A stretch of 64,000 nucleotides of DNA from a virus (Duplodnaviria; Caudoviricetes): positions 1-64,000 of the IMG/VR virus record IMGVR_UViG_3300031867_000022; one strand, written 5' to 3'. Position numbers and translations under genes: made by a program. A model generated the notes under the pieces. It saw nothing but the letters and a program-made list of their open reading frames with translations, searched no databases and was not told the origin of the DNA. Below are positions 12,300 to 23,983 of the stretch, in pieces; the stretch's first letter is position 1, and every line of letters begins with the position of its first letter.

Positions 12300-15200
12300 T
12301 TATAGTTTTACTATATTATCCTCATAGACATCTATAGCACTTGTAGCATCTGGTTCAGATGACCAAATATTGTCTTTTGCTACAATATAGCTTTCGGTAG
12401 AAGCTTTTGTTACATATATAGGTTTTATTACTTGACCGATTCTATTATTAGATATTATAAGTAATTGAATATATGAATTTTCTTGTATGTCTATACCTCT
12501 TCCATCAGGCGTATTTGGACAAGACAGTATATTATTCGATACAACTATATTCTTATATATTGGATCTGTTTGTAGATTATTATATTTAAAAGAAATACAA
12601 GCACTATAGTCTTGACCAGCATCGTTAATTAGAACATTATTATCTATAATGACATTCTAAAACATCTTAGCTCCAGCCACTTGTATAAAACCATGATTCC
12701 AATTACCTATAACACTTCCTTTAATATAGTTTCCTCTTATTTCAGAATCACATATTTGAGCACCTGAATTAAATATAAATGCAGCCTTTCCAAATACAGT
12801 ATTGTTATTAATCTTTAACTTCTTAATACCGGTAGACATCATTTCTATAGCCGACTCTGTCACCTTAAAATAATTATCATGTATATTAGCAATCGGATTA
12901 ATAATTGCTGATGAGTCATAATTCGCTATTCCTATACCCTTATATACTTCATAAAAATAGTTATGATGTATATTAAAATTGTCCACACCTGCGTCATGAA
13001 CCGCACAACTACCACTTGATACACTGACAATACTATTTCTTATTGTATTATTATAGAAATCTACATTAATACATTTTTGGATATAAGCACAATGTCTTGG
13101 AATGTTATCAAATACATTATTATATATTTTAATATTATTAGTTGGAGACGCAGAATCTGTATAATGACAGACAACTCCATATCCACCAGCACCATCGGCT
13201 CCAGGATTATCAAGACTTGTTGGAATGTATTTCATGTCTTTCATAATACAATTTGAAACAATTATGTTAGAACTTGTGGGTTCTATCATAACAGCTCCAG
13301 TAGCGTCAGAAAGAATACAATTATTTATAATAATATTGTTACATCCACCAGCTAAAGAACCTATATCAATAAGATAAGAAGCTCTTGCTGTTGTGGAATC
13401 TTTTTCAGGATATCCTTCTGCAACACCTTTGATGTTTAGATTTTCAATTACAACGTTGTTACTTGTTATCCAAAAGAAACGCAAAGGCTCATTAGAAATA
13501 AGATTTGCATCAAAACCTCTAATAGATGTTGGTTTTTCAATAGGGATGTATGACGATAATAGATATGTACCTTTATTAATTATTATATTATTAAAATATA
13601 TAACACATTTTTTTATAGCATCTGTATCATCAGTAGTTCCATCACCCTTAGCCCCAAACCACTCAGGATATGCTTCTGCAACGTTCCAAGTACCAGCAAG
13701 AGTAATATCAGTATCGAGTATCTTAATCAGACCAGCACTAATGCCTGTATTAGTACCAGTAATAGTATCATTACTACCACTTGCAGAAATACTACCCCCG
13801 TCAAACTCCAACACACAATTCTCAGGAATAGTAATATCTTCACCAAGAGTAAAGTCATATCGAATGACATAGACGGTGTTAGCATCACTAAAGTCCTCCT
13901 GAGTAAGAACATTACTGCCACCTTCTTTCAGTTCAAGTGTCTTCCTGCCGAGACCACTATGTGCAGTTGGGTCATAAGACCTATCAGGATTACCACCAAC
14001 ATTTTCAAGAGCTTCTGTAATGACCTTATTTTGTACAGGATGTGTACTTGTCTTAGAAAGGGTAGTATCTACAATTACACCTTCTGGAATTGTAGGTTTG
14101 TTTGTCAAATCATTATAGTCTCCACTAAACAATTGTGTATTAGCAGGTAATGCTCCAACTTCAGAAGCAGTATAGGTTGGTTTTGAAGCTTGTTTTGCCC
14201 ATGCAGGAACAGTTGGATCTGTCTCTGTAAAACTTTGAAGAGCGGTATCAGCTTTTCCTAACGAAGTTTGTACACTACTTGCAAGATCTGTCTTAGGAAT
14301 ACCGCCAGAAGGTTTGCTGTATGTTCCGGTATTTTTAGTAAATCCCCAATCAGAAACAGTACTTTCTGTTACGTTGTCGAGTGACGCAAGCTTTTCTTTT
14401 TCTGCAGTTGTGTAATCGTTTGTAGACAATCCTTTGCCACTAACTTTATCAACCTTAGTTGTATCGCTTGGGTGTCTATGATCTCCTCTTGCAAAAGCGA
14501 GTTCTGTACCTACAGATGCAGTACCATCCATCTTTGGAGTAGTTGTAGAAGCAGCTGCACCTTCAGGAATATCGCTTGTTGTTATATAGCCCTAATTTCC
14601 TACCCAAGTCTTAGTAGCCATGTCAGAAGTTGCAGTATTTATTCTTTGATCAGTAATAGTCTTATTATAGTACTATGTAGGATCAAAAGTTCCACCCTCG
14701 GCAACCTTTTCATCTATAGTTTGCTTATCGTATGTATAATTAGAAACGTATTGCTCAGATGCAAGACCTTCGATAGATGGAATTGTCGGTTTGTTTAGAA
14801 TTTTAGCATCCCCTGATGTAGCATTCCAATCTGCATTTACGTTTACATTTGCTCCAGCAGCTATACCAGCAAGTTTATTTTTTTCTGCAGTAGTATAGTC
14901 ATTAGTAGACAAGCTTTTTCCACTTACTTTATCGACTTTATTGTTTAGTTCTGTGTCGTATGCATCGTTGGCGTCGTCTATCTCGCTTTTTGTGTAATAA
15001 TTAGTCGGATCGAATGTACCTCCTTGTGCAACCTTTTCGTCAATGGTCTATTTATCGTAAGTATAATTTCTTACATACTATTCAGATGCTAGACCGTCTG
15101 TAGAAGGGATTGTAGGTTTATTAGACAAATCGTTATAAGATCCCGATGTAGCAACCTAAGCCAAATCTATAGAATTAGCTTTATTTGCAATTTCAGTATT

Positions 15201-15791
15201 TTGTGTCTGATTTATTGCGTCTACTTGTGATTTTGTATAATACTGAGTTGGATCAAAATTGCCACCTGCAGAAATCTTATTGTCTATTGTCTGTTTGTTG
15301 TATGTATAGTTAGCAACGTATTGTTCAGAAGCAAGACCGTCTATCGATGGGATAGTAGGTTTATTAGATAGATCGTTATAAGAACCACTAGTAGCAACTG
15401 TAGAAAGAGATGTTCTGTCTGCCTTTTTAGCTATTTCTAAATCCTACTATTGCTGCTGATTATCTACTTGCGATTTAGTATAGTAATTATTTAGATCTAC
15501 ACCACCTGTTACAAGGCTTTCAAGTTCGGAAATTTTATCTCGATTTTCTTCAATGAGATTTTCGTTTCCTATGATTCTGCTTTTGATTGTACTATAATCC
15601 TACTTTATTTCGTTCGCTATATCCTCTACTTGATCTGCTTTTTCCATAAATTTGCAGCAGCAACATTTATGTTTCTTGTATGGTTTTGCACAGCAGTTAC
15701 ATGAATCGTTATATTCGTTGCATTCTGTACAAAACAAAGGATTATTACAACACTGTTGTAATTCTTCACAAATAATATTATTTTCGCACAT
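12300..15791 (-). CDS. Tailspike/fibre with Cys-rich N-terminus, internal repeats and a C-terminal pectate-lyase-like beta-helix (1163 aa; TAG=Gln)
   Basis: ORFs 15600-15791, 14673-14912 and 12657-14531 are in frame; repeats SYNDLSNKPTIP and KVDKVSGKGLSTNDYT; PEWFGAKGDGTTDDTDAI followed by an Asn/Ile-rich beta-helix. Confidence 0.85.
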
Positions 15792-15809
15792 ATTTATATT
15801 GATTAATTA

Positions 15810-15826
15810 GAAAATGTTTTCATAAT
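15810..15826. repeat. 17-bp direct repeat, copy 2; starts the mini-ORF MKTFSN* (15803-15823, minus strand)
   Basis: Identical to 12250-12266. Confidence 0.9.
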
Positions 15827-15829
15827 ATG

Positions 15830-17737
15830 TTAAGCGGATACATTAGACGTATTAATATAATATTGTCCGGCCTACCAACTGGTGATAGTTTTTCCAGACA
15901 AGTTAAATAGACTGCTTGTTGTATCGAGTACCCACAACGAAACAGTATCTGTTTCGGATACATTTTCAAATTGTACTCCAGAAGATGTCTATGATAAACT
16001 TACTCCACCAAAGCCAGTTTTAATATTTACGTTTGGATTTATAATTGAAGATTTCTTATTCGGTATCGACAGCCAATAGTCTGCTCCATCTACATTTGAA
16101 ACTCTATAGTACACGTTTCCTGTATAGTTTGCACTACCATTAGTGTATGTACACCCTACATATTTAGAAACTGTAGCAATAAACACATCTTGATGGGCTC
16201 CAGAACCACTACTAGTATGGCGAACAAATACATTCTTCTAACCTTGAAGCTAGTATGTAATATTATTATCTGTAGCAAGAGTAGTTCCTGCCTAATTAGA
16301 GTAATATACTCCTGATGTATTATAATAATAATTACTCGTTTGTGTTACATCTGAGTCAGACAATATGTATCGTTTCAATGTATTGCTTGTGCCCCCAGAA
16401 TTAGCTACAGGGGCGAAATCGAAAAAATATTTCGGTGTATGTGTCTGAGGATTATATACAAGTCCGATTGGTTCTCCGTTTTGAATAGCACTTGCGTTGA
16501 GGTTTTCGTATCCAGCCCCTCTATACGCATCAGACATTGTTGTAAACACAATAGTAGGATTATTATTATCTATAACTTCAAATGATGTTGCTTTTACATC
16601 TCCTTTTACGGTAATATTTCCAGCTTCCATATCAGTTGCTGTAACATAACCATCTAAGTCTATTTTATCTGCACTAATTTTTACACTTCCACCATATTCA
16701 TTTACCTTTGCTATTACTGCAGCAGAAGTAAAATCATTAGCTGCCATAAGTTCTGCTGTTGCAGAATTGAGATCAGCTTTGGTAGTAAGACCTGCTTTCC
16801 ACGTGTTGATTCTATTTACAATGTTAGTTTTAGAATCCGATCCAGTTATAGAAAAAAGAATAGATGCTACATCATCGTTCGTCTTACTAATCTTATTAAA
16901 AATCTCAGTCTTTGCATTATTACTAGAAGCGCTAGCTTTAAGTCCGGCAATAGCTTCATCAACCTTTGCTTCCATAGATGCAGTAGCGACATATTCGCCA
17001 TTCTTTAATTTCTCAACATATGTACGAAGTTCTGCAATAGCAGAAGACAATCCACTTTTACCTGCAGATACAATTTCATTATACGACTTATCTGCAGAAG
17101 TAGACTGTTTTAATGCTGAATACATCCATTCTATAACAGTTTCAGCATTCTTTCTAGCATACATAGTAGACAAATCAAGACTTGCTACAGAATCTTCTAT
17201 CTTGGCGTTAATAGCAGCTTGTAGAGCTTCTTGATCAACGCCATTTTCAATAAGATTATTTACAGATGCTCTAAGACTATTTACATCTTGTGCTATAGTA
17301 GACCAGCCATAGGTAACCTATCCGTTATTTCTAGTAATAATACCGATCTATTGAAGATACGCATCCACATCATCATCGCCGAAATTGCTTTCTGATTGTA
17401 TTCCTTCTTTAAGTTCGTCTAAGAAGTCTTTATCGGTAAGCATTTCATTAACCTTATCTTCTACAGTATCGTTGATGTCGTCGATTACTCCATCAAGACG
17501 TTCTCTTTCTTCATTTGCAGTAGCATTAGCTCTATCAATGGCATCTTGTAAATCTTCTAATGCTTCTCTTATTTCTGAATCGTCGTATTGCGAACCTTCA
17601 CCAGATCCACTACCAGAACCGCCAGTATCAATTGAAGATAGTGCATTAATTATTTCGTCTATTTTATTTGAAATAGCATTTAGCTCAGCAGCAGTCAATA
17701 CTTGATTTTTTTGAAATACTTTATTTAATTTATTCAT
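15830..17737 (-). CDS. Fibre-like protein with an N-terminal coiled coil (635 aa; TAG=Gln)
   Basis: ORFs 17348-17737, 16292-17173 and 15989-16186 are in frame; KNQVLTAAELNAISNKIDE start; VKISADKIDLDG motif. Confidence 0.75.
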
Positions 17738-18408
17738 TGTATTCTATCTTCACTATTTAGTTGTGAAACATCTAATATAAAAACATCTTCTTCTGGATCA
17801 TAGTATGTAGGATCAGTAGAGCCTCCTGTACCATCGTCCACCATACATTCTACAAAACTTGCAGGTTTCTTTATGTATGACAAATGTACTTTACCGTTTG
17901 TATCTGGCTTATTGACAGGATCATATACTACAAATGCAGAGTTGCCTTCAATAAAGCTGACTGGGTTCTTAACCCAGGGCATGTTGTATGGAGTATTAAA
18001 GAACTTCTCTGCCATTTGGTGAGTAACTAGTTTAGTAGGCACTAATCTAGTAGTCTGACCGTCCATCGGTGTACCATTGACGTGTTGATTCAACGAAGAA
18101 GACACGTAGTACATTAGATCATCTGGTAGATAATACTTTACAATATTTGTAGCAGGAGTATCTGTACCCTAAAACAATTGAGGATCCGCATGTTTTACTA
18201 ATGGCGCAAGGTCTGCAATAGCTTTCTCATCATACTCAAATGGAACTCTACGAGGATTGTTACCTGTAAATTTCTAACCAATCAGTGCTAAGTAGGCTCT
18301 ATCAAGAAGCGTTGCAGCTTCATATTCTGTTAACGATGGATATGACGAAGTAACATTAGCTTTGTCGTACCCTATCAGGAATTTAGTATATATGTCTTTA
18401 TGCGTCAT
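17734..18408 (-). CDS. N-terminal part of a split tail ring protein (224 aa; TAG=Gln)
   Basis: MTHKDIYTKFLIGYDK...FTGNNPRRVPFEYD...SYIKKP, then an unrelated tail ending FILDVSQLNSEDRIQ; lacks the ring C-terminal helix. Confidence 0.8.
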
Positions 18409-18427
18409 ATCTCATTGTTATAAAGAA

Positions 18428-19180
18428 TTATTTATTCTCTACTTCGTTTATAATAGAAAGCTTCAGATCTTGATTCTTCTTACTGTCCAGGTAAGCGATT
18501 GCATCTTCAAGAGAGTCTGCAAACATGTCAGTACCGTAGAAGTAGTGTGTCTTATCCTTACGAATAACACCTTTCGCAATAGCATTCTCAAGCAAGAATT
18601 CTGTCTCCTTAGACTTGTTGTTAACCCACTTATCAAAGAACTTCTTAGGATTCTTATCTACCATAGTAAACAAAGTAGACTCAACAAGTTCATTAGACAT
18701 GCGATCTGCACTCATACCAAACAGACGTAAACACTTACGCATCTGCTCAAGACTAAGAGAATCAAACTCTTTAATTGCATCACGACGAAGTTTATTCTGC
18801 TTATTCTGTTCTACTGCCTCTGCTTCACGATTAATCAACAGATAATCTTTACCTGCATCAAGGTGATCAAGAGATGTAGCCACACGCTTATGACCACTAA
18901 GGAACTTAATAATCATAGCCTGACGAGGAATAGAATCATCAAGAATAAGTGTTCTAGAACCAATCTTTACACAAAATGTTGTCCAAAAGTCTGATGACTT
19001 AGCAAGATGACCTTCTGGGTAACCTAAAGCTTTTTCAAAGTATTTCTCATCTTCTGGGGTGAGACCCGTATATATCGACCCGGAACGAGTAAAATAAGGT
19101 GCAATGTAATCAAAACAACTCTTATACTTAATCAACCCTGCCCAGGGATTCTTCTTCTTAATTTTAAGTTCAACTACCAT
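18428..19180 (-). CDS. Conserved crAss protein immediately downstream of the major capsid gene
   Basis: Intact 250-aa ORF; synteny. Confidence 0.65.
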   Translation of the reverse strand: MVVELKIKKKNPWAGLIKYKSCFDYIAPYFTRSGSIYTGLTPEDEKYFEKALGYPEGHLAKSSDFWTTFCVKIGSRTLILDDSIPRQAMIIKFLSGHKRVATSLDHLDAGKDYLLINREAEAVEQNKQNKLRRDAIKEFDSLSLEQMRKCLRLFGMSADRMSNELVESTLFTMVDKNPKKFFDKWVNNKSKETEFLLENAIAKGVIRKDKTHYFYGTDMFADSLEDAIAYLDSKKNQDLKLSIINEVENK

Positions 19181-19200
19181 AATTGTATAATTAGTATGTT

Positions 19201-19244
19201 GTGATGCTGAACGCCCCAGCCCTTATGACTGGGGCTCAGACATC
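19201..19244 (-). terminator. Stem-loop after the major capsid gene (terminator or stability element)
   Basis: GCCCCAG...CTGGGGC inside TGATG...CATCA. Confidence 0.55.
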
Positions 19245-19263
19245 AATTATATTTTAAATGAGA

Positions 19264-20787
19264 TTACGCACCTACAGCGATACCACCGTTGTTAGAAATC
19301 TCTGTATCCTCAGCATCGCAGTACAGAATACCGCAAGACAGCGGGTTACGGAGCATAATACCCTCCTCACCGAGGAAGTGTACCTGATAACCATCACGGC
19401 TGTTAGAACGCAGAGTGTTGATGCTGTTACCGTAACCACTAGGAATTACAGAACCGCCAGTTGTCCACTGTACGAACTCACGACCCTTACGACAAACCTT
19501 AACGACGTTAGCCTGACCGTCACGTGAACCAAGGTCTACGAACAGGAAGGTGTAAGACATCAGAGGTTTACCTGTCAGAGGATGCAGCTGACGGAACATC
19601 TCCATGTTATCGAACATAGGACAACGCTTCAGAGTCAGCTCGATGCCGTTAGTCATCTTATAGGTAGTAAACTGACCACCGAGAGTCAGCTCCTGACCAG
19701 AACCAGTGATAAACTTAGTATCGATCAGGTTGAAGGTAGCAACCTTCTCCTTCAGGATACGGTCGAACTCACGAATACCCATCTCACCAGTCAGAGCGAT
19801 AAACTTACGCTCGTTGGTACCGAGGATGTTGTAGCAGAGGTCGAAGAGGTAGTCCTCAAGCAGCTCAGCTGTCAGAGTGGTGTAGTAACGAACGTTAGCT
19901 GGACTAATCTGCTCGAACAGACCGCTCATCGTAGGAGCAGGACGACCGTTTGTACCCTTTGTGAGGTATGTACCATCGCTCAGACGGTTACTCTTAGAGA
20001 AGAGCAGAGCCTTTTCCTCACGCTTCTTCCACTCACGAAGAGCAATCCAATACTGATAATCAGACCACAGATAAGATGTCTTACCACTCTCAGGATCCTT
20101 CAGAGCGATAGCAAGAACGGTGCTATAAGCATCACCAGTGATATCGTAGCTCAGACGGAGAGTCTGCAGGTGGTTACGCATCTTAAACGGAGTCTGATAG
20201 TTGATGATATCAGCCTCATCGCTGTACTCCTCGTAGGCAGAACCGATACGGCTCACCTGACGACCAGCCAGCAGGAACTCACCAGGAATATAAGCAGCCT
20301 GTGAACCATCAATCACATAGCACTCATATACCCAAGCGCTACCATCCTGATAGGGAACACCATTTACGCGAACCTGGAACTTATAATCATCGAAGCTAAG
20401 AATAGCACCTGGGCCATACCAACGCTCCTCAAGAGCGAGGTAGATAGGAGTACCATTCAGACCCGGAGTGATAGTAGCATAGTTAGCAGGAGTAACTTCC
20501 TGACCATTCCACTTAGCCCAACGGATATTAACAGCGTGCTCGCTGTCGATCATTACTGACCATTCAAATTCACGATTCTCGATAATCATTGTCTTGCCAA
20601 GACCACCGGTAATCATATCAATAGCGGTAGAAACACCGTCATCCTTTGTACCAAATACCAGTGAAAGCAGACCAGATACCTCATGAGGCTTGGTCAGCAG
20701 CGCATTAGAAATCATATTCTCATCTACCAGGTCGCTGAAACGACGTCCGCGATACAGCTGGAGATTATTAAGCAAACTATTATTCAT
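19264..20787 (-). CDS. Major capsid protein (507 aa, TAG-free)
   Basis: crAss-type MCP sequence (GSAYEEYS..., VHFLGEEGIMLRNP); biased codon usage; follows the scaffold gene. Confidence 0.9.
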   Translation of the reverse strand: MNNSLLNNLQLYRGRRFSDLVDENMISNALLTKPHEVSGLLSLVFGTKDDGVSTAIDMITGGLGKTMIIENREFEWSVMIDSEHAVNIRWAKWNGQEVTPANYATITPGLNGTPIYLALEERWYGPGAILSFDDYKFQVRVNGVPYQDGSAWVYECYVIDGSQAAYIPGEFLLAGRQVSRIGSAYEEYSDEADIINYQTPFKMRNHLQTLRLSYDITGDAYSTVLAIALKDPESGKTSYLWSDYQYWIALREWKKREEKALLFSKSNRLSDGTYLTKGTNGRPAPTMSGLFEQISPANVRYYTTLTAELLEDYLFDLCYNILGTNERKFIALTGEMGIREFDRILKEKVATFNLIDTKFITGSGQELTLGGQFTTYKMTNGIELTLKRCPMFDNMEMFRQLHPLTGKPLMSYTFLFVDLGSRDGQANVVKVCRKGREFVQWTTGGSVIPSGYGNSINTLRSNSRDGYQVHFLGEEGIMLRNPLSCGILYCDAEDTEISNNGGIAVGA

Positions 20788-20808
20788 ATATATTTATAAT
20801 TGTGTGCG

Positions 20809-21969
20809 TCAGAACATACCACTTACAATGTCTGTTACTGACTTTGTTTTATCATCGGCATTGTATGTGCTATGATTCTTTGCACTATGCCTTAATTTTT
20901 CCCTAAGTTTTTCAGTAGCGGATGTTTCTCCGGCATTCTTTGCACTATTGATTAAAGCATCAGCCTTCATAGTAAAGTAAGCAGATTCGATCAAATTCTT
21001 TGATAAATTCTTATTGAAATCTTTAGTATATTGTGACTGACCTGTCTGATCTACTTTGAAAATATAATCAAACAGAGCTTTACGATCTTCTTTAGGAATT
21101 GCAATACCGCGAATGTTAGTCAACGAATTGATGTCATTGGTAACCGTATTAAAGAAGGCTTTTGACTGCTCTTCTTGCTGTTTCGCTAGCTCTTCCTGCT
21201 GTCGTATAGCTTCTTCTACTTCTTGCTGTCTAAGCTGCTTCAATCTGTCCAAAGCATCCTCTGATTCCTCATACAACATATCGCTATCCTCATATCGCTG
21301 AATCTTCTTATTAATCTGTTCATCAGTATAGCCACTCTTCTGCATGAGTTCACGTACTACTGCTTTTTGATTACTCTCATCTTCAAGATCAATGTTATCA
21401 AGAGTAAGAGCCTGTTGCTGTTTAGCGTAGAAATCTTCAAACTTACCTCCGTTCTTTACATACTCATCGAGCGCCTGTATACGATCGTCTGCGTACTGAG
21501 GAACAGAGTTCTCATTTACGACATCTCGCATATAGTCTGTAAGTTGTTCTACTGTCAAAGGTCTATCTTTTTCATCAATCTCGTCCATATTCCACCCAAG
21601 TGATTGACCAAGAGCATCGAAGAAGAGACCAACTTGTTCAGCCTCAATTACATCTTCTTGGCTTGGTTCACCGTTTTCAAGACCACCTGTAGTAGGAGGT
21701 TCTTGAACTGGTGGTTCTGGATTGTTATTTACAGGAGGTTCCGGAGAATTATCCTCGTGTGCATTTGGATCCTGATTGTTAGGATCCTCTGTATCGCCGT
21801 CCTCAGGTTTCACTGGCGGCTCTGGATTATTATTTTCTTCAACGAGTGGTACGTTAGGTTCCATCAAGGCATTCATATCTGTTACACCTTCGCCTTGTTC
21901 GGCGTTGGAATAAATATTGCCGAGGATGTCCTCAAACCCACTCGGAATTGTATTCTTTTTCTTTGCCAT
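20809..21969 (-). CDS. Putative capsid scaffolding protein
   Basis: Acidic Pro-rich N-terminus plus coiled coil; directly upstream of MCP. Confidence 0.65.
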   Translation of the reverse strand: MAKKKNTIPSGFEDILGNIYSNAEQGEGVTDMNALMEPNVPLVEENNNPEPPVKPEDGDTEDPNNQDPNAHEDNSPEPPVNNNPEPPVQEPPTTGGLENGEPSQEDVIEAEQVGLFFDALGQSLGWNMDEIDEKDRPLTVEQLTDYMRDVVNENSVPQYADDRIQALDEYVKNGGKFEDFYAKQQQALTLDNIDLEDESNQKAVVRELMQKSGYTDEQINKKIQRYEDSDMLYEESEDALDRLKQLRQQEVEEAIRQQEELAKQQEEQSKAFFNTVTNDINSLTNIRGIAIPKEDRKALFDYIFKVDQTGQSQYTKDFNKNLSKNLIESAYFTMKADALINSAKNAGETSATEKLREKLRHSAKNHSTYNADDKTKSVTDIVSGMF

Positions 21970-22011
21970 ATAATTATATGTAAGTTAATTTGTACAGTTT
22001 ATTCTGTTATG

Positions 22012-23832
22012 TTATAATTCTATCAACGGATCAAATATCTTGAGATTACCTAGCTCATCAAATCCCATGTTTTTTTCGCCGAAATCTCCAACAAGATAAG
22101 GATATCCGCGCAAATTGTAAAACCCGCTTTTTACTGGATCTTTTACGTACCCTAGTTTATTTACGGTCTTGGAATCGTCGACGTATCTAATCCTAGATAA
22201 TTTTCCCTTTGTGATAGCTTTTCCGTTTGGTAGTACATGCGGTTTTGTAAATGCGCGCCACGGATCAGCAACTTTTTTCATAGGTATTACTTTTTGTTGC
22301 GAAAACCAAGGTATAAATTTGCCGCCATCTTCTATAAATCCTTCATACGACATTGGTACAGCACCAGGTAACTTGTTCATCTCCAATGCATATTCTACAG
22401 CTTCGTTCAACTAATCAAAATTAGTAATTGCATCTTCTGCATTAAGGCCGTTTCCGATCTTTATTACCCTGTTTGGGTTTCTACGATCCTCAAAAACGAC
22501 TCGTTCTGCGCCATGTCCTAAATATTCCCCCAACATTTGATCTTGTTGCTGAGATGTAAGTAAGTTTTCTTGCGGCGATTTATAATTTATTTTTATACCG
22601 TAATTATTACCAGAATTATACGTGTATCTATGAGTTTTCGGTACTTTACTAAAAGTTACAGGTTTTATTTCTGGCGAACCGAGATCTATTTTTGCAAATG
22701 GTTTTGATAATTGCTATATTGCGCGAATTCCGGACAATAAATCAAACTCTGGGTGTACTAATTCCAATCCTTTTTCATTTGTACCAGAAGACATAAACGG
22801 TTTCATCCAATCAGTACGATGTTGAAGATAATATGGAAAATTATTTAATGTATAACTGCCACGTTTAAGATCCGTCTTTTGTGGAGTCACATACATATCC
22901 TCAAACAGTTTGGTATAATCATCTGTAAACGTACCGTCGTCATTCATATTTGCGTGAGACACATTATGTCCAATCTTACCATCTTTATATCCAGGCAGCT
23001 TCCCATTCTTTAATCCTGGAAACCCAGGCTCCCATTCAGAGTCCTCCATCAACTCTATAAGATTAGGAAGTTGTACTCTAGGTCTGAGTTTAACCATCGG
23101 CTTACCGCTGATATAAGGACTTATTTTAGTATCGTATGCAGGTACTGTTTGTTCTGCAGGAATAGTAGGACGCACTGCAGTAGATACAGGTTTTGCGATA
23201 TAAGGAGACGGTTCTTGCGCAGGAACTTGTGGTTTTCCGTATTTATTATTTAGATATTCATATGCAAGTTTAGTGTAAGCTCTTCGTTTGTCTTGTTCTT
23301 GATATCCTATAACTTTTCCATTAGAATCTAATATTACAGGACGCTCATACAATTTCATCCATGCATCAGAAGCTTCGTCTGTAGATGCGTATCCTTTAGT
23401 TTTATATCTTCCAGAATTTGTCGCGGTGTGAGGTGAGTATTTTCCTTTCGTAATCCACTTTGCTCTAGTATTCCAATCGTGAATATACTGTCTTTGACTT
23501 GCAGGAGAATAATCTCCATATTGTTCAATAATAGCCTGTTGTATATTTTTATTATTCTAAAGAAGACCAGCGTATCCAGATTTAGATTTAGCGTTATAAT
23601 TCAACCCGCTTTCCTATAAACCATTTCCACCTATACCGGCAATAGACATTGTGTCATATCCTAAAGAGTTTCCCCATTCATACAACTCATCCAATGCCGC
23701 CTCTTGTGCTTTTGTCAAGCCCGGAGTACCACCTGCATATCTAGGAAGCCCTGCATCATATATTTCAGATACGGACTTACCGTTTTTATAAGCTTTAAAT
23801 CGCTCTCTAAATGCTGTTACATCTCTGCCCAT
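22012..23832 (-). CDS. Multidomain protein: phage tail lysozyme plus C-terminal protein-kinase-like domain (606 aa; TAG=Gln)
   Basis: ORFs 23614-23907, 22714-23358 and 22012-22410 are in frame; IAGIGGNGL(Q)ESGLN...AWMKLYERP; LGHGAERVVF...VIK...GDFGEKNMG...KIFDP. Confidence 0.7.
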
Positions 23833-23983
23833 ATCCATCCATTTTATTGCTAAGAAGATTAGCAATGACGTTGGTAATGAAATCATTACCTTCGTCATGC
23901 TAAACATATCTTAGTATAAGTTTTAATAATTGATTGTTCTCTCTAGTAAGCTCTAGGAGTTCTTTCTCTTCAGCGTGTGTCAT
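23795..23983 (-). CDS. Small hypothetical protein (62 aa; TAG=Gln)
   Basis: MTHAEEKELLELTRENNQLLKLILRYV(Q)HDEGNDFITNVIANLL. Confidence 0.55.
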
